Shown here: piece by piece, positions 24,168 to 37,848 of the stretch
How the letters are laid out: each line of letters starts with the position of its first letter
Position numbering within the stretch: the stretch's first letter is position 1
Source of the DNA: Ramazzottius varieornatus
Lineage: Eukaryota > Animalia > Tardigrada
Assembly (NCBI GenBank): GCA_001949185.1
Contig: BDGG01000001.1
Coordinates: 7,328,149-7,392,148, forward strand
Length of the DNA: 64,000 nt
Direction of reading: 5' to 3'
Position numbers and translations under genes: made by a program
The notes under the pieces: model-generated
Database searches by the model: none
The model's input: the letters and a program-made list of their open reading frames with translations, nothing else
What the model was told of the DNA's origin: nothing

Positions 24168-26117
24168 ATGGATCCCTATAATCCACCGGCTGGCTTATGG
24201 GAAATGCCCAAGCAAGGGCAGTTGTATACGCCCATGACGTTGAACGGTAATTGGTTCGAACGTCGAGAGCTGGCTAACGATTTGGCCAACTATGACATCA
24301 GGAAGCGTCTCGAGGCCGAGAGGGACATTGACCATCGTATATGGATATTCCATGAATCCAACCGACCGGTACGAAGAACACTTTACTTTCGATCTCAGCA
24401 AACATATTCGTCGAGACTGTCTTCCCAAGTGGCGCACGTCTTCGTTGCTACTGGCCAAAGGCGTGCGCCACTTGGGACAACGATCTTATGGAGTTCGTGT
24501 TTCCACGTGGCGCAGGCCTTCACTGTTTTTAGCTGAAGGGGTGCGCCACTTGGCGAAACGACTTTGGCGAGTTTGTTTGCTCAGGCCCCAAACACTTTGA
24601 AGCATTCGTCTTTGTGTTCATCGTCATTACACGTGTTGCAGTATGCGGAAGACGGATATCGAGAAGACGGAAGTATCTGTTTTGGCGATGCCATCCAGTT
24701 GGAATGCTGCGGGATGGTTCCTCCCACAGGTCGCTCGCATACGGTGGAGACACCGGCATTGGCGATCGACATGCATATGAGTTCGGTGGAGGAGTCTGGA
24801 TACGCGCAAGGTTACGCTTCCAACCACAACGAACCTAAGGGACGAAGCGTGTTCGTAGTCAAAAGGTCAGACCAAGTAAGCTGACCATTTTAAGTGAATT
24901 CCACTGCTCCGTCTTTCGTGGCTCTCCAGAATGTTTTTTACCTTTAATATTTTGTTTGTTTCAGCGATGACGGAAATGAATATTTACCTAATACCAAAAA
25001 AGTCTGCTTTGGTCAGCCCTTTTACCTGGTCAACGTTATTAGCTGGCAAGGACTAGAGGTAAAGTGCAGCTGAATTAGTTCCGATTTCGACATATTTTTC
25101 TATATGCGTTTCAACACTACAGAATACAGACAGATTGAGCAGGGTGAAACCTGTTTTTACAGTGGAGGTTGACCAGTCAGTTAGAGCACCTGTACGATAT
25201 CAACCTGAAACACAGGAAGCAAACCGTTTGGTTACATCCTTTACCTACGAAGAAGTCTCTCTGGACATTCCAGCATGCCGATCGGAACGTCCGGCCAGTT
25301 ATGGAAGGTCAGCCCATCGACGTAAGACTTTTTACTCTATAGTATTCACCTATCGAGAATTCCGCAATCATGATTTCGAATTCAACAAGAAATCTTCGTA
25401 CAGGCGAGGCAACCGCTGTTAATGATTCATGTTTTAACTGGACGGTACATGACTGTCAATTTCACCAAAAGATTCAAGTAAGATTCCGCTCTTTCCATCA
25501 CTGGTTGATTTCTCCCGAAAAATGTTCCAGTCACCTAGGAGATCCTTGCCATCCATGTAGGAATGCTTATGGCGTAGAGTATTTGATGACGTGTGATCTG
25601 GACAAGGATTTCGTTCACAACGTTCAAAAGAAAAACGCCTACTTCCGTGTTCGCAAGATCTCTCTACCTCCCTGGAATATGAACGAGCCTCGAGAGAAGG
25701 AGTTCCGTAACGACCTGGAACAGGAAGTCGGTAAGGCAGTGATATCTGGATAATGGTGACATCGGCAAATGAATTAACCCAGATCGCTTTGCCAAGTGGC
25801 GCAGGCTTTCAGCCACCAACAATGATATTGTGCGCCACTTGGAATAACAATCTGGGTGAAGTGGGATGTCGACGCCCTGTTTTTTTGCATTGCACAGTAC
25901 TGGTGCAGGCCGACAAGTATAACCTTCGTTCCTTGTAGCCGACGTGGGCAGGGCCGACATGAGGAATTATGGAGAACGGTACACCGCGACACCGAGGCCG
26001 TGTCCCGAAATGAAGACGCTCTTCAGCCCATACGGACCTCCTACCGCAAGAGCCGAACGAAATCCGCCCAAAGACGACTACCAGAATCTGCAAACTGGAC
26101 CGAAACACCTCAGGTGA
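24168..26117 (+). CDS. CFAP161: Cilia- and flagella-associated protein 161-like
   Basis: Y..MTLNGNWFE, EDG.ICFGDAIQL, PKGRSVFVV and VCFGQPFYL match recalled CFAP161 motifs (YGPGVRIGNWNE, EDGYIHYGDKVML, PIGRNTFII, LRYGQDFCL). Internal exons approximate. Confidence 0.7.
24396..24583. repeat. Hairpin family 1, tandem double unit, CFAP161 intron 1
   Basis: Spacers at 24437-24463 and 24515-24541; units are 78 nt apart. Confidence 0.9.
25762..25872. repeat. Hairpin family 1 copy, CFAP161 last intron
   Basis: ccaagtggcgca[25804-25830]tgcgccacttgg. Confidence 0.9.
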
Positions 26118-26384
26118 CTTGTAACTCGAGAGGAGCAGCTGCAGTCTTTGCAGCTTTTTTATGATCGGCGGTGTCTTTGGAGAATGAATAACAAAAAGGA
26201 ACTGTTATGTCATAGCTGTAATACATTCGGCCTTCCAGGCAAATTGGTGTCTGCTTAGCACCTCCCTGAGTGCATGTCGCAAGAATCTCATTAAAAAACA
26301 CAGCACGTTTGGCTATTGCGCAACATCAAAAACTTTGGGTTCTGCTAATAACATAGATCGTGGCATGTGGAGGTCCGGAGGTCC

Positions 26385-26799
26385 CTACTGGTCGTCGGCG
26401 GGTCTGTCGCGGAGGAGCTTAAACCAGGCCGGAAGACGCTCTTTCAAGGGGAGAGGAGAGGTTTTAGTCAGGATCTGATCATTGAAGTTCTTGGTGACGT
26501 CAAAGGGGTCCAGGGCAGCCGGGGAGGGTGTAACGGGAGCCAGGTTCGTCACCGGTACGCCGGCAGGTACGACTGCTGCGGCGGCCACTGGCGCTCCAGC
26601 GCCGAAAGGAACCGCTGCTCCTTGTGAGTCTACAAAAAGATAGCTGCCGATTCAAATAACAGTAAAAGTACCGTAGAAAATAAATAAGGCAATAAACTTT
26701 CCACAGTACGTTCTGCGGAAACTGCCGAACCATACCTGCAGATGGAAGAAATGTAGCAAAAACTGCCGTAAGAGCAGCTAAACAGAGGAAAGCGTTCAT
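26385..26799 (-). CDS. Small orphan secreted Ala/Pro-rich protein (~103 aa, 2 exons)
   Basis: MNAFLCLAALTAVFATFLPSA, then a phase-1 intron (gtatgg...ttgtag), then DSQGAAVPFGAGAPVAAAAVV...RDRPADDQ*. Confidence 0.75.
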
Positions 26800-27376
26800 T
26801 TTTGAAAAAAGAAATGGGAATCGTCACGGCGTTGAATGATGATGGGTAAAATGGATATGGCAAATTGCAAGGGACAGAAAATGATTATGAGCACCCAGTG
26901 GTAGACTTCGAACCGTTTTATACGAAGGGAGAAACATGCGATGTATCCAAGGCGGTTACGTACTCCACTGCGGTAAAAAGCGTAGGTTCGACACGCGTGA
27001 ACGCACCTGTGGTTTTTTTTTGTTCATGGCCAACCCAGGTGTTACCGTAATCTTGCATTAGTCTGCAACTGCGGCTGTAAATTATGCACTTTCATTAAAG
27101 GCTTGAACAATAGCAAGGTGTTGCATTTGTGAAGGAGGTAAACTTCACCCGAGGACTTGTTGGTGAATTTTTTTACACTTACTGCGACGAAGAAAGTTCG
27201 AAAGCATGAAACCAGGTCGTCGGTTCGTGTAACAAATAGCCTGGAAGCTGCCAAAAGCCGTTGATCCCTACGTATGTGTCATACCCTGTTATTGCCTAAT
27301 GACCTCTCCAATCAGGTAAATGGAACGTGGATACAGTAGCCACCTGAACCGAGGGACCGTGAAAGCTATGTATATG

Positions 27377-27480
27377 GGAGCTCGGCGCACAAACCCGACC
27401 AGATTGTTTCCCAAGTCGCGCACCTTTTCCGTTATAATGCTTGCCACTGTGCGCCACTCGAATGAGCGATCTAACCAAGC
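27377..27480. repeat. Hairpin family 1 copy, intergenic
   Basis: gggagctcgg...cccaagtcgcgca[27423-27449]tgcgccactc. Confidence 0.85.
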
Positions 27481-27758
27481 CCCTATTCAGACCAGGAAAT
27501 TGAGGCACACAATCAACCCAACGCCATTCAACAAATCCATTTCCAGTGGAAGAATTTGCCTTAAAACTACCTCCTGGCATGTTCGTCTGACGTCACTCTG
27601 GGTGCAAACGGTGATGCAGAATCTAATCGGGTGATTTGATGCAGGAGATAAACAACCCGATTGTGCTTCTGGGCAGACTTCAGAGCATATTGTGTAAACA
27701 AGCTCGGTCGTTCACTCACTAGACTTCCCTCCTTCGAGATCAGGGAGACTCTCAGAAA

Positions 27759-29728
27759 ATGGACTACGCGGACACAGAGTGCATTATTGGCCAGCTGGAC
27801 GACAGCGACAGCGGTAGTTTGCACTTGGATGACATAACTGGAACCGTTGCTGTTCCTGCTCCTCAGCTGTGGTCTCCGAATCCTCAACTGCGCCAATATG
27901 CTGACTCCATTGACGCTACGACTAAACCGGATACGACATCTCGCACCTGTCCGTTTTCTCTCGGCAAATTTGCTTACATCTCCAAGCAAGCTCTTGTCAT
28001 TATCCCTGCCATGTTTTTCTTCGCCATCGGCACGGGAATTTATATACCGGTCTTCACGGAAATAATGAAGATGCGCGTTTGTCAGATTGTCATGAACTAC
28101 ACGGACGAATTTTGTGCAGTTGTTGGAAGGGACGACCAGTTTCGACAAGCTAACTTGGCCGTCCAAAGAACCACCACGTCCTATATCATGTACGCCACGC
28201 TAGGCGCAGCTGTTCCCGGTACGAACATTTTTTCCAAAAACAAACTGGACTTTTAGGTTATATCTCACATTTTACTTGATTACGCACATCAGATAATTAA
28301 ATTTCTATCGAGAACTGTGCAGTACCAGAGAGCCGGATTCCATTCGTTGTTATATCTACGGTAGTGCCTGGCTTTATGACATGCATGTATCATCTTTATT
28401 TTTTGCATACAGAGAACAGTGTTATAAGTCATTATGATGTTGTCTATAGGAGTGGTGTTCACGTTCTTGATGGGCTCCTGGAGTGACCGATACGGCCGGA
28501 AGACCCCCATGGCCGTTCCCTGTTTCGGCTACTTCTGTCAAAGCATCCTACTCCTGTTCGTCGCGTACTTTCACCTCCACCCGGCCTACCTGGTCGCTTC
28601 CGCGTTCCTGGCTGCCATGTTCGGTGGCTGGACAATGTTCTTCATGGGATACAACAGCTACGTGGGGGACCACACCACGGAAGAGAACCGCTCAGCCGTG
28701 CTGGCGATCGGCGCCGGGACTTTCGGCGTAGGCGTCAGCGTGGGACAGTTGACGGGGACAGCCTTGTTGAAGCATCGTGGGTTCGCTGCACCGTTTTGGT
28801 TGTTCAGCGCAATGCTGTTTGCTTCCTTCGTGTACATATTGCTGGTTGCGGATGAACATGCGAAATTTAAGGAGAAGCCGGCGAAAGGATTGGAGATGAG
28901 CGGGAGTATGAAAGCTGGTAGCTTCTTTAAAGTAAAGGGTATTCGCGATAACTGGGCGTTGTTGCGACAAGAAAGAACCGGAAACCGACGGACGTATATC
29001 TACCTGCTACTTGGATCATACTTCCTCATGATTATGTGTCTCGAAAGTAAGGTCGATGGGATGGCACGTTGGCAGATGACTTCATCCCGATGCTGTTCTC
29101 AGGTGGCGCACGCTCTCGGCTGATTACAATGCAAACGTGCGTCACTTGAGATAATAATTTAGGTGTGAGGATGTGAAGAAATAAACTCAGTGGGAAATGA
29201 GAAGAAATTTTCCTTACAGATGAATTTACGATTCTTCAACTTCTCGTCGAATTTCCTCCGTTAAGTTGGACCATCCTCCAACTCGGTACATTTTCCAGCA
29301 TTCAAGGTGTGGTAAGCTGTATGGCCATATCCCTGATGGTTCCAGTCTTCAAGAAGGTCTTCAAAATGCGCGATACGGCTATCGGTATTGTAGCCGGCTT
29401 ATCGGCTATCGCGTGTGTCTTCCTTTACGCTATCGCGGTTAAGTCATGGATGTTGTACCTGGCTGTCGTTGTGGGAGTGATACGACAACTGAGCTTCGTG
29501 GCGGTACAAGCTACGCTGATCCACCTGGTGGGAGAGACGGACGTGGGCAAGACCATGTCGGTAGTGGGATCTGTCCAGGCTGTGGGAATGATTGTGGGTT
29601 CGCTGATGTTTTCGAATATCTTCAAGGCTACGGCGCATTGGTGGCCGGGCTTTACATTCGCCGTGCAGGCTTTCATGTTACTGGCACCTCTGGCGACTTT
29701 TTGCTTGATAGATTCTACGAGAGCGTAG
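27759..29728 (+). CDS. MFS transporter, SLC46 (PCFT/HCP1-like) family
   Basis: MFS motif A GSWSDRYGRK, a CQIVMNYTDEFC loop after TM1, and multiple TM helices over 3 exons. Confidence 0.88.
29070..29155. repeat. Hairpin family 1 copy, SLC46 intron
   Basis: aggtggcgca[29111-29137]tgcgtcacttgag. Confidence 0.85.
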
Positions 29729-30493
29729 AGATCACAGCCGTTCTGTGCCACGGGACTCTGCTGATTTATCGGCTGTATTCTGATACTACTGATTTCAGAT
29801 TTTTCCCGAATGTATTAAACCATCTTCTGCTGCCGCAGAGACCATTTCCTAACGAAGGCAATTGTCCAGCCTGGGATTTGCAATTCTAATTGCCCATTTT
29901 CAATCTATTGATTGTAATGATCCGAGCAACACTGATCAGATCTATCATAGAAGCTCAACTCCGCCTACTCATACAATGACGCCTCCGGTTCTTTTCTTAC
30001 CGTCTTTATACAGTAATTCCGGTTGATCTCATCTGACGCTAGAAGTAAGTTTCCTGGATAATTCTTCTTCCAGCTTCCCTCTAAGACTTTGACACTTTGA
30101 CCCTGTTATTTTTACAGGAAATGGCGCTCACCCGGACGTAAGATGGAGAGTTTCCTGCGAAATTCAGCCAAAATGGGAACGGGAATGATCTTCTTTCCTC
30201 TCGACGGGGAAAAGCTTCCGGCAGTGGTCCGATGGCACATCTATCAAGACATCCCGACTGTAATGAGCCAGTCAACTAAAACGATGGTCACTTGTGAGTG
30301 GCATACTTTCGCTCTTGCCGGAGAGTACAGTATCTCAATATCAGTATAGACTGCTTGGTTAACTCGGGCAGCTTTGTTACAGTTTAATAGCAAACATCAG
30401 ACTTCATTCCGCGTTCGCAAAAAAAAAACAATGACCTTTTACGGAAGAATAACCCCCTCCCGAAACAAAGATTCTATCGTGATACAAGTCAAT

Positions 30494-32483
30494 TCAGACA
30501 GCAGGAAACTGATAGCGCATAGCCATCCATGCCGGTGGGACCATACTACCGAGTACTTCAGGTGGCTGGAACTGTAGGCTCATAGGACCGTTACGGTAGG
30601 ACATGAGGAGCCCGATACTGATCAGACGCAGGTTGCGCAGTCCCTGACTAGCCGCCTTGGCATACTTGTCCCATTCCCCTCTAGTAGCAGGAGTACCAGC
30701 AGGAACTCGAACCCGCAAAATATCATCGGCTGTGTACAAGGCAATGTCGTCAGCTAACCAGCCGATACTGTGGTCCATCTGTGCAGGCCATTGTCTCAAT
30801 AGGCTACAGGAAGTGAAACCAAACCTTCGGAACAGGGAACGATACTTACGAAACTGAAATACTGATTGTTCATCAACAAGTAAGCCTTGAGGAAGTTGCC
30901 GACGAATTTCCTAGCTGTGGTTACTACCTGAAACAAAAGGCAAAGCGACATTTGATTTACGGTACACGTGTTACGCACTGTTATATATAGATAATTATGA
31001 ACTGTAGGAAAGAGAGAAGATTTTATGGTGCTCGTGGTGTCGAAAGATCGAATCTTACATCTTGCCGTATTACGGTTCCGTTCACTTGTTGCATCAACGA
31101 CATGGTCAGACCGGTAGAAAATCCTACAGCGTCCAAATACTGCAGAAAGAAAAATCGATGATCACTTTTTTGTCGCACGTACGTCGTTAAACCAAAGCTA
31201 ACCTCTTCCCTTGACATGGTGTTACCCAGAACCTTGACTGCATATCGCGCAAACGTTTCCCAATGCACTTGAGAAAAAATTATCCGTGCCTGTGAAAGTG
31301 ACAGTAAAAGACTTATCAGAAGTAATCTTGACTCCGCAAGGTGTGTAGTGATATGAACTTACGACTGTATTATTCTGCATCGAATTAATCTTGAAGAATG
31401 TATTACCGCCCAAGTCGAAATCCAGGTGGCGCTGCAACCGTAAATGGAACACTTATACACGTGTAAACGTCGCCATAAAAACTGATTTCCGTGGATAGAT
31501 TTATTGACTAATCCCTAAAATATATGGCTGTTAACGACGGATTTTACCTCATACATGTTCTCCGCAGGAGGTGGTCTCTCCAAGAAAATCCGAGCAACGG
31601 CTCCTCCCAGCGGAAGCACCAGTCCATTAATGAACTGAAATACAGATGGAGCGTCGAAGCAAAGACCCAGGACAGAAAGGCTTGGAGGTCAAGACCGACA
31701 AGGACTTCGTATGTACTCGTACCGAGGGAGGCAAGGTGATATTTCGCGTTGCAGATGTCGCTCCTGCATCCCGAATGCACTTTGTGACAACCTCGCCCAT
31801 CAACTCCCCCAACAAGCGGGCTTTCTACAAATTCAGCACAAATCCTCTTCAAAGGCACATCAAGCTCTTGTCAGGATTAAGTGTCAGTGCAAGCGTAATT
31901 AGGTTACATCTTGAGATACGATGCGACTGTCGCCCATCGCACTCTCCAGTACAGCTTTCACTCGCTCTTCCCGTCGCCGAAGATCTCGCACGGCCTCAAC
32001 GTCTTTGTCGCTGTCCGGCACAAAAACATCCACAGGCACATTGTAATCGGCTCGGGCACTGCGGGCTCCCGGTGCTGCTGTGGTTCCTTGATTCTGTTCA
32101 GAGAAAAAACCGTAATCCTACTCGCATTGGTGGTACACACTTTCAAACGCGGAATCAATAACTACAAATAATGAAGAATGCGCAGTTCGATCTTACCTCT
32201 GGTGGACATACGACCAACGAAATATTTTGGCCCGTTGTCCATACCAGTGCTGACCGTCTTGGATCAACTGTAAAATAGTGAGCCATAGCGCAGCGGCGTG
32301 TTCAGAAAGACAGACCCGAACAGCGTTAAGTTAGTAGAAAATGCCCGCTGAATTTTATCCGACGCAAGAATTGCTTGCGCGAAGAAGCTTACCGTTGTAT
32401 CGCTCGTTCCAGTCAACTCCAGTAGTGAAATTGATGGTCAAACACAAAACTACTATTATTGCGGAAAAACATGCCGGAGACAT
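30494..32483 (-). CDS. Orphan secreted protein A (about 10 short exons), paralog of the gene at 32710-34937
   Basis: Signal peptide MSPACFSAIIVVLCLTINFTTG; last exon WLADDIALYTADDI...LRNLRLISIGLL...MVPPAWM. Some internal exon phases not resolved. Confidence 0.65.
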
Positions 32484-32709
32484 CTTTATGTTTTTAGTTT
32501 ATCAATAATGGAAAAACGCGCGAAAAATAAGAAAGATCAGTAACTGACACACGAGCACAAGCGAAAGAAATATGCAGACAGTCGAGTTGTCATCCAGGCA
32601 CTTGCTAAACTGGGTCTCAACTGGGGTAATCTGTAAATGGAAAGAAATGAATTACGCAACCCTCATCTCCTTGAGGACACACAGATTCACTCATTTGGAA
32701 AAGAGTCTA

Positions 32710-34937
32710 TCAGTCATCGATGTCATCGCTTTGGGTGGCAACATCCGTTCCATTGCCAGGAGTTTCTCTGGAGGAGGCTCGATTGACTCTATGGTAGACT
32801 GCCAGCGCCTCGTTCACGTCCCCATCGCCAAACTCCAGCCAAGCGGGAGGGATGAGGGAAGACAGTTCCTCTTCGAGCGTAAAGACAATCTGAGAGGGAG
32901 GGACGCGCAAGACAATCAGGCTGCCCAGATTCAGTACGCGAATGTTCCACAGCGCTTTTGCATAATGTCCGGAAGCCATACTCAGCTCCTGCAGTGCTTT
33001 CTCGGGGAAGACCGATTTATCCATCAGACGATAAATATCGCCTGCTGTGTAGTTGGCCACTTCATCAGCCAGAAACGCAACGTTGTCTTCCACCTTAAAA
33101 AAACATGGGTGTTGGAAAACTGTTCGGTCGGTTGATACCGTGAAAACAACATGAAGCCTCCCTCACCTCTCGGGTGATGTTCTGTTCGTTCAAGATCAGC
33201 TCGATTTTTACATAAGATGCAATCCACTGTTGTAGCAAGGGCGTCACCTATGAGATAAATTTTCCGGGACTGTATAGTAAAAACTGCAGGCATGACCAGG
33301 ACTTCGTCCTTCCGTTTCAGATTGATGGATTACAGCACTACCGTACTACTGTACTACATATAGGTTTTTCGCTAACGTAGTAGTCACCTGTTCTTTCGTT
33401 ACATTGCCCTTTTTGCCGTGGACCGAGGCCATATCGATGACGGTGCTAACACCGGCACCCACTGCGCTGAGATACTGTAAAAAGTAAGCATGACGTCAAA
33501 GCTGGAAAGAGTCACAATCGTGGTCGCTCGGAATTGAGATTACTGACGTCGGAAGGGTGAAGGGCTTTGTTTAGGATCAAGTGACCACAAACAGCGAGCT
33601 CTTGAAGATGGATTTGGTTCGCCAAGGAATGCGCCTTTTGATGAAAAATTATGATGTCGATCTATCATCTTCATACATAATTACATAGGTATGTACAGTG
33701 GCATCACCATCCACAAGCTTGCTGGATCATCAAACATGCACTCACATCATGGAGGGATTGATTGTCCGTGTTTTGTGAGTCAATCACGAAGTTGATTCCG
33801 TGTTCGATTGTTGTGTGGATCTGCGAAACAAGGTTGCATATTCCGTTAAAGCGTTATACTATTTCTGTACACTGCCTGTATCGTACCTCCGGTGCCGTAG
33901 GAAAAGCTTTTCGGGACTCTTCAGGAGCGGGGGCAGCTTTCTCGACTGTTCCGAGTGCTGCACCGAGAGGTCCCTTGCTCTGTAGTGCCTCATCGTTTAC
34001 ATCTGGTGTGGTATCGGCGTCTTTCGGTGGTCTTTTCTCGACCAGCACTTCAGCCAAAGCTGTACCCACCGGCACGATGATCCGTTCTGCAGCCTGGAGA
34101 AGTACAGACACTCGAAACATTTCGAAATTATTTGCGAAAGTCCTTTCTGACTTCCCTTTCATCGGAACCTTTGGGAAACCCTCACTTACTTTTTGCGACA
34201 GGGTTGAACGTGTACTGTTGTTCGAAGAAGTCTGGACCGTGCTCGATGAGATCGAATCCTGGTGCTTCGCGTTCACGGCGATCTCACCGATTACTTCTCC
34301 AAAAAGACGAGCGTGCTGTAGTGCAACAGCCGATTATCAATCATCTCATAGATCGAAATGATCTCTCGGAAGAATCCGGGCATATGTGCAACAATTGGAA
34401 AACCCTTCTGCCGGCGATACGTACTTTGAGATCGACAAATTTAGCATCTCCCAACATCCGCAGAAGCGTTGCTTTAATCTTCTTGGTTTCGTCCGTGTAG
34501 TTTTTCTCATGACCACTGGAAGAGTCTTTGGACTTCGACGACCTGTTCGGATCAGAAGCCTCTTCGAATTCCGATGTGCTAGACAAAGAGCGAACAGACC
34601 TCGCAGGTTTCGCCACCTACGGAAAAGTCGAAAAAGGATGTTAAACAGTAAGCACGGGTTGCTTCTTTCAGTTACAGTACGATTTTGTCAACACCTCGTA
34701 CTTACGCCGTCCTTGTCGCTGGTATTATTTAGCTGAATTATTTGGAGTATTTCCTGTGCAACTGCTTTAGCTGGTCCACCTGGACTCGAGCCATCTATGG
34801 AGCGGCATATATTGTATACGCAAAAAACATTAACAGAGCGAAAGATGAGACTTACCGAGAGATGGGACAAAATCGCCGGTGACCTCACGAAGAGCTACGA
34901 GGCCAAGTAAAGCAATGCTGAGAGCCACAAGGCTCAT
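32710..34937 (-). CDS. Orphan secreted protein B, paralog of A, with an extra Ser-rich/disordered N-terminal half
   Basis: Signal peptide MSLVALSIALLGLVALREVTG; last exon FLADEVANYTAGDI...LWNIRVLNLGSL...LIPPAWL. Confidence 0.65.
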
Positions 34938-35904
34938 CTGAAAATTTCTCGTCGTCATCACGAACGAAAGAGTCGCCTGCATTAATGTCGAGAAAATTCT
35001 CACCGGTCTGTTATCAGTTCACACTACGATAGTCCTGCACAATCTCGATCGGTTTTTTCCCTTCCCACTCAAAATTTCACCACTATGTGACAAAGATTTC
35101 AATCGCACGTTCAACGTTCAAACTTCAAAGGTATGGAAATTCATCAGAAGGTAGGTTACCGGCTTGATCTTGCCCAGTCTGAGCAATTTAGAAAAAAGGA
35201 ACAAAGACCCTACATCGAAATCAAGCGCACATGACTTGATCACATTTCAAATAAGAAGTCACCGTAAAACTCACGAATCAGTAGATAAACCGCTAAAAGC
35301 AGAAGTAGAAGTGAAACAAGTTTTTCTATTTAGGAAATGAAACTATCTTGAACAGGGCCACCATCATCCCACCTTCACACAGATACCGCGGAACCTTGGG
35401 TTCATCGGGCTCCCCATTGTGCCACCGCCGAAAGAACCTCAGAAGCGAGGTCCTTCGTTCCTTCATCCACAATTCTTTTGCACTGACCAGCGCTCGTCAT
35501 CTTCCGCAGATTAACAGCCACATGGTGCATAGCCGAAATCAGTTTCGGACGGTTCAGCTGCGCACGGATTTTCTCGCCATGCTATTCGCATGAGAGCGAT
35601 CAGCTGATCAGACGCGCGCTTGATTACTCGATCAAGTTAAAAGACAACCGACTTCGATCAGCTTATCGTGCTGCGCAGTGCATGGCCAGCAGTCTCGTAC
35701 AGAAACGCTGTTCGGTTGCAGAAGAAGTAATTGTCACATCTCACAGGTAGGACTCTACCTGTATTACCGTAAACGCTCATTTTTCGAATTTCCAACAACT
35801 TTCCAGCGTTTCGATCTTTTTCTTGCTCTCTGTTTGCTACTTCTACCTCTTTTAGTCCTTTCAGATCGTCACGGAAGCACGGAGTGCACGACAGCCTTTT
35901 GAAG

Positions 35905-37424
35905 ATGGACCTGGACAAGATCTCTCGATCGGGGCGGAAGGTTCGGATTCCGTCCTACTTGCTGGACACTGAAGTGATCGACACAAGTGGACGGCGGGCT
36001 ATTTTGGAGCAATCTGGACCGCCGATACCCACCAGAGTACGTTTTGATCTTATCCGTCTCCGGACATCTAACGGGAGAAGACTATGTCTCTAACCCTCTG
36101 TTTTTTGTGTTCAGGTAAAGATACCGTACACTGGCAAGAGACGAGGGAGACCACCGCGTGCTAACCAACCTTTTGACGGCTCCGGACATCCAACGGGAGA
36201 AGACTATGTCTCTAACCACGACCTGGAGCACGATGAAACCAGCAGCGAACACCCAGAAGAGTCATCTTCACATGCTGATGGAGAGAAGAGCGCTCCGTCG
36301 ATGCCAGCTCCTCCCGAGAAGCTCCGATGGCATCTGACCACCCCGGACAAAGCTAGACGTCTCCTGAACCCAAAACCACCCAAAGTCCCCGGTGAAAGTG
36401 GTAAGCGTCTAGTTCGAGGTCCCTATAAGAAAACGCTAATGAGGCAGCAGATGATGATGGAAGGGGGAATGATGGGTGATCCCGTGACGTTGGATGGTCA
36501 ACCTGGTAAGCGAGACAATCAACCTTTTCAATCAATCAGTAGGCTGAGGCAGTTCGTCCGTGGTTCATGACTTCACGTTTTACAGAATGCGCGATTGAGC
36601 TAAAGTGGCTATCGCGTCATGCTGACGTGACATCATCCACGAACCAGGCTGTTCTCTTTGACATGCTCTGTACGGCCTGACATCGCATAGTCATTTTGGC
36701 ATGCCGTATGTCTGAATTGTGATAGTTGGCGTTGTTATCATTTGGATTGAAGCTGGCTCCTCAGATCATTCATCCGCTGTTCTGTTTCCTAGCGCTGAAG
36801 AAGCTAAAAAAGACTCCGCTGAAACATTCTGAGGGCGACGTGGAGATTCCGGACGGGCTGTTGGAGGCCATGCGGAAGAAGCGCCAATGCACCCCATACA
36901 TTGCCTTCTGTCGCATGGCGCGTCCTGCCGTTATGCAAGACAACCCTGACGGGGACTTCTCCCAATTCTCCAAAGAGTTAGGCAACAGATGGATGAATCT
37001 GAGCTCGGAAGAGAAAGAGTACTGGCGTAAAGTGGCCTGTCGCATCACTCAACTAATAACTGTCGAACGAGAAACTGGTTACATGCCGGAACGCCGCAAA
37101 GCTCGGGACAAGGTGGTACGCGATCTCGAAGCCCGTTCAGGCGATGTCCCGAGTAATACCTCCTTCGATATGGTCTCGAATGTTAGTCTGGTGGGGGAGC
37201 AAATGTTCAACGCGACCACCTGTTTGAATATGTGGACGTTCCAACCGGAGAACCCAGACCCGATGGGCTGTCTTGATGCTCTGTTGGACTCGGCATTGGT
37301 TCTTGTCAGCTCGACATTAGGCCTGATGGCGCAGGTTCCTGTCTTAAGCGACTATGTGGACACTGATGTCTTCGAAGATTTATCGGAAAATAATTCCTGC
37401 ATTATTCCACATATTCAAAAGTAG
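35905..37424 (+). CDS. HMGXB4: HMG-box-containing protein 4-like, with an AT-hook
   Basis: AT-hook KRRGRPPR; HMG box TPYIAFCRMARP...FSQFSKELGNRWMNLSSEEKEYWR; C-terminus LDALLDS...LMAQVPVL...NNSCIIP resembles the HMGXB4 tail. Confidence 0.75.
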
Positions 37425-37813
37425 CGATCAGCTCACTTGTCTTATTCTCCGAAGGTACTCTTGACTGCCCAACAATGGTTTTATGTATTGTGCTTGGTTA
37501 TTTGGTCATTTATAGTTCTGTTTCGAATTGATGGTTTCGTTTCTCTCATGATGCCTCGACCTATATTTCGTGGCAGGTGGGGCAGGGCGTTAACTGAGTA
37601 TGACCTGAAATTGTGAAGTTTATGGTTTGTTATCCATAATCATGTCCTTTCTTGAGTTTCCTCCACGCCTTTCTTTTGACAGTTCTGTCATTTGAAATGT
37701 TCTGTTAAATCTTAATATTCATAAAGGAATCTACTGGAATACATCTTGAACGACTTTCGGGGACCGGTTTAACGAAAAACTTGGTACTGTACAGTAATAC
37801 TGAGCGTAGACCG

Positions 37814-37848
37814 TGACTTGACATGACTTGATATGACATGACATGACA
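37814..37848. repeat. Pentanucleotide microsatellite (TGACA/TGACT)n upstream of ISY1
   Basis: gtgacttgacatgacttgatatgacatgacatgac. Confidence 0.7.

Noticed and set aside
19445-24583. Repeat-spacer-repeat units read as a CRISPR array
   Set aside because: The repeats are inverted and dispersed, the spacers derive from one ancestral consensus, no cas genes are present, and the context is eukaryotic introns.
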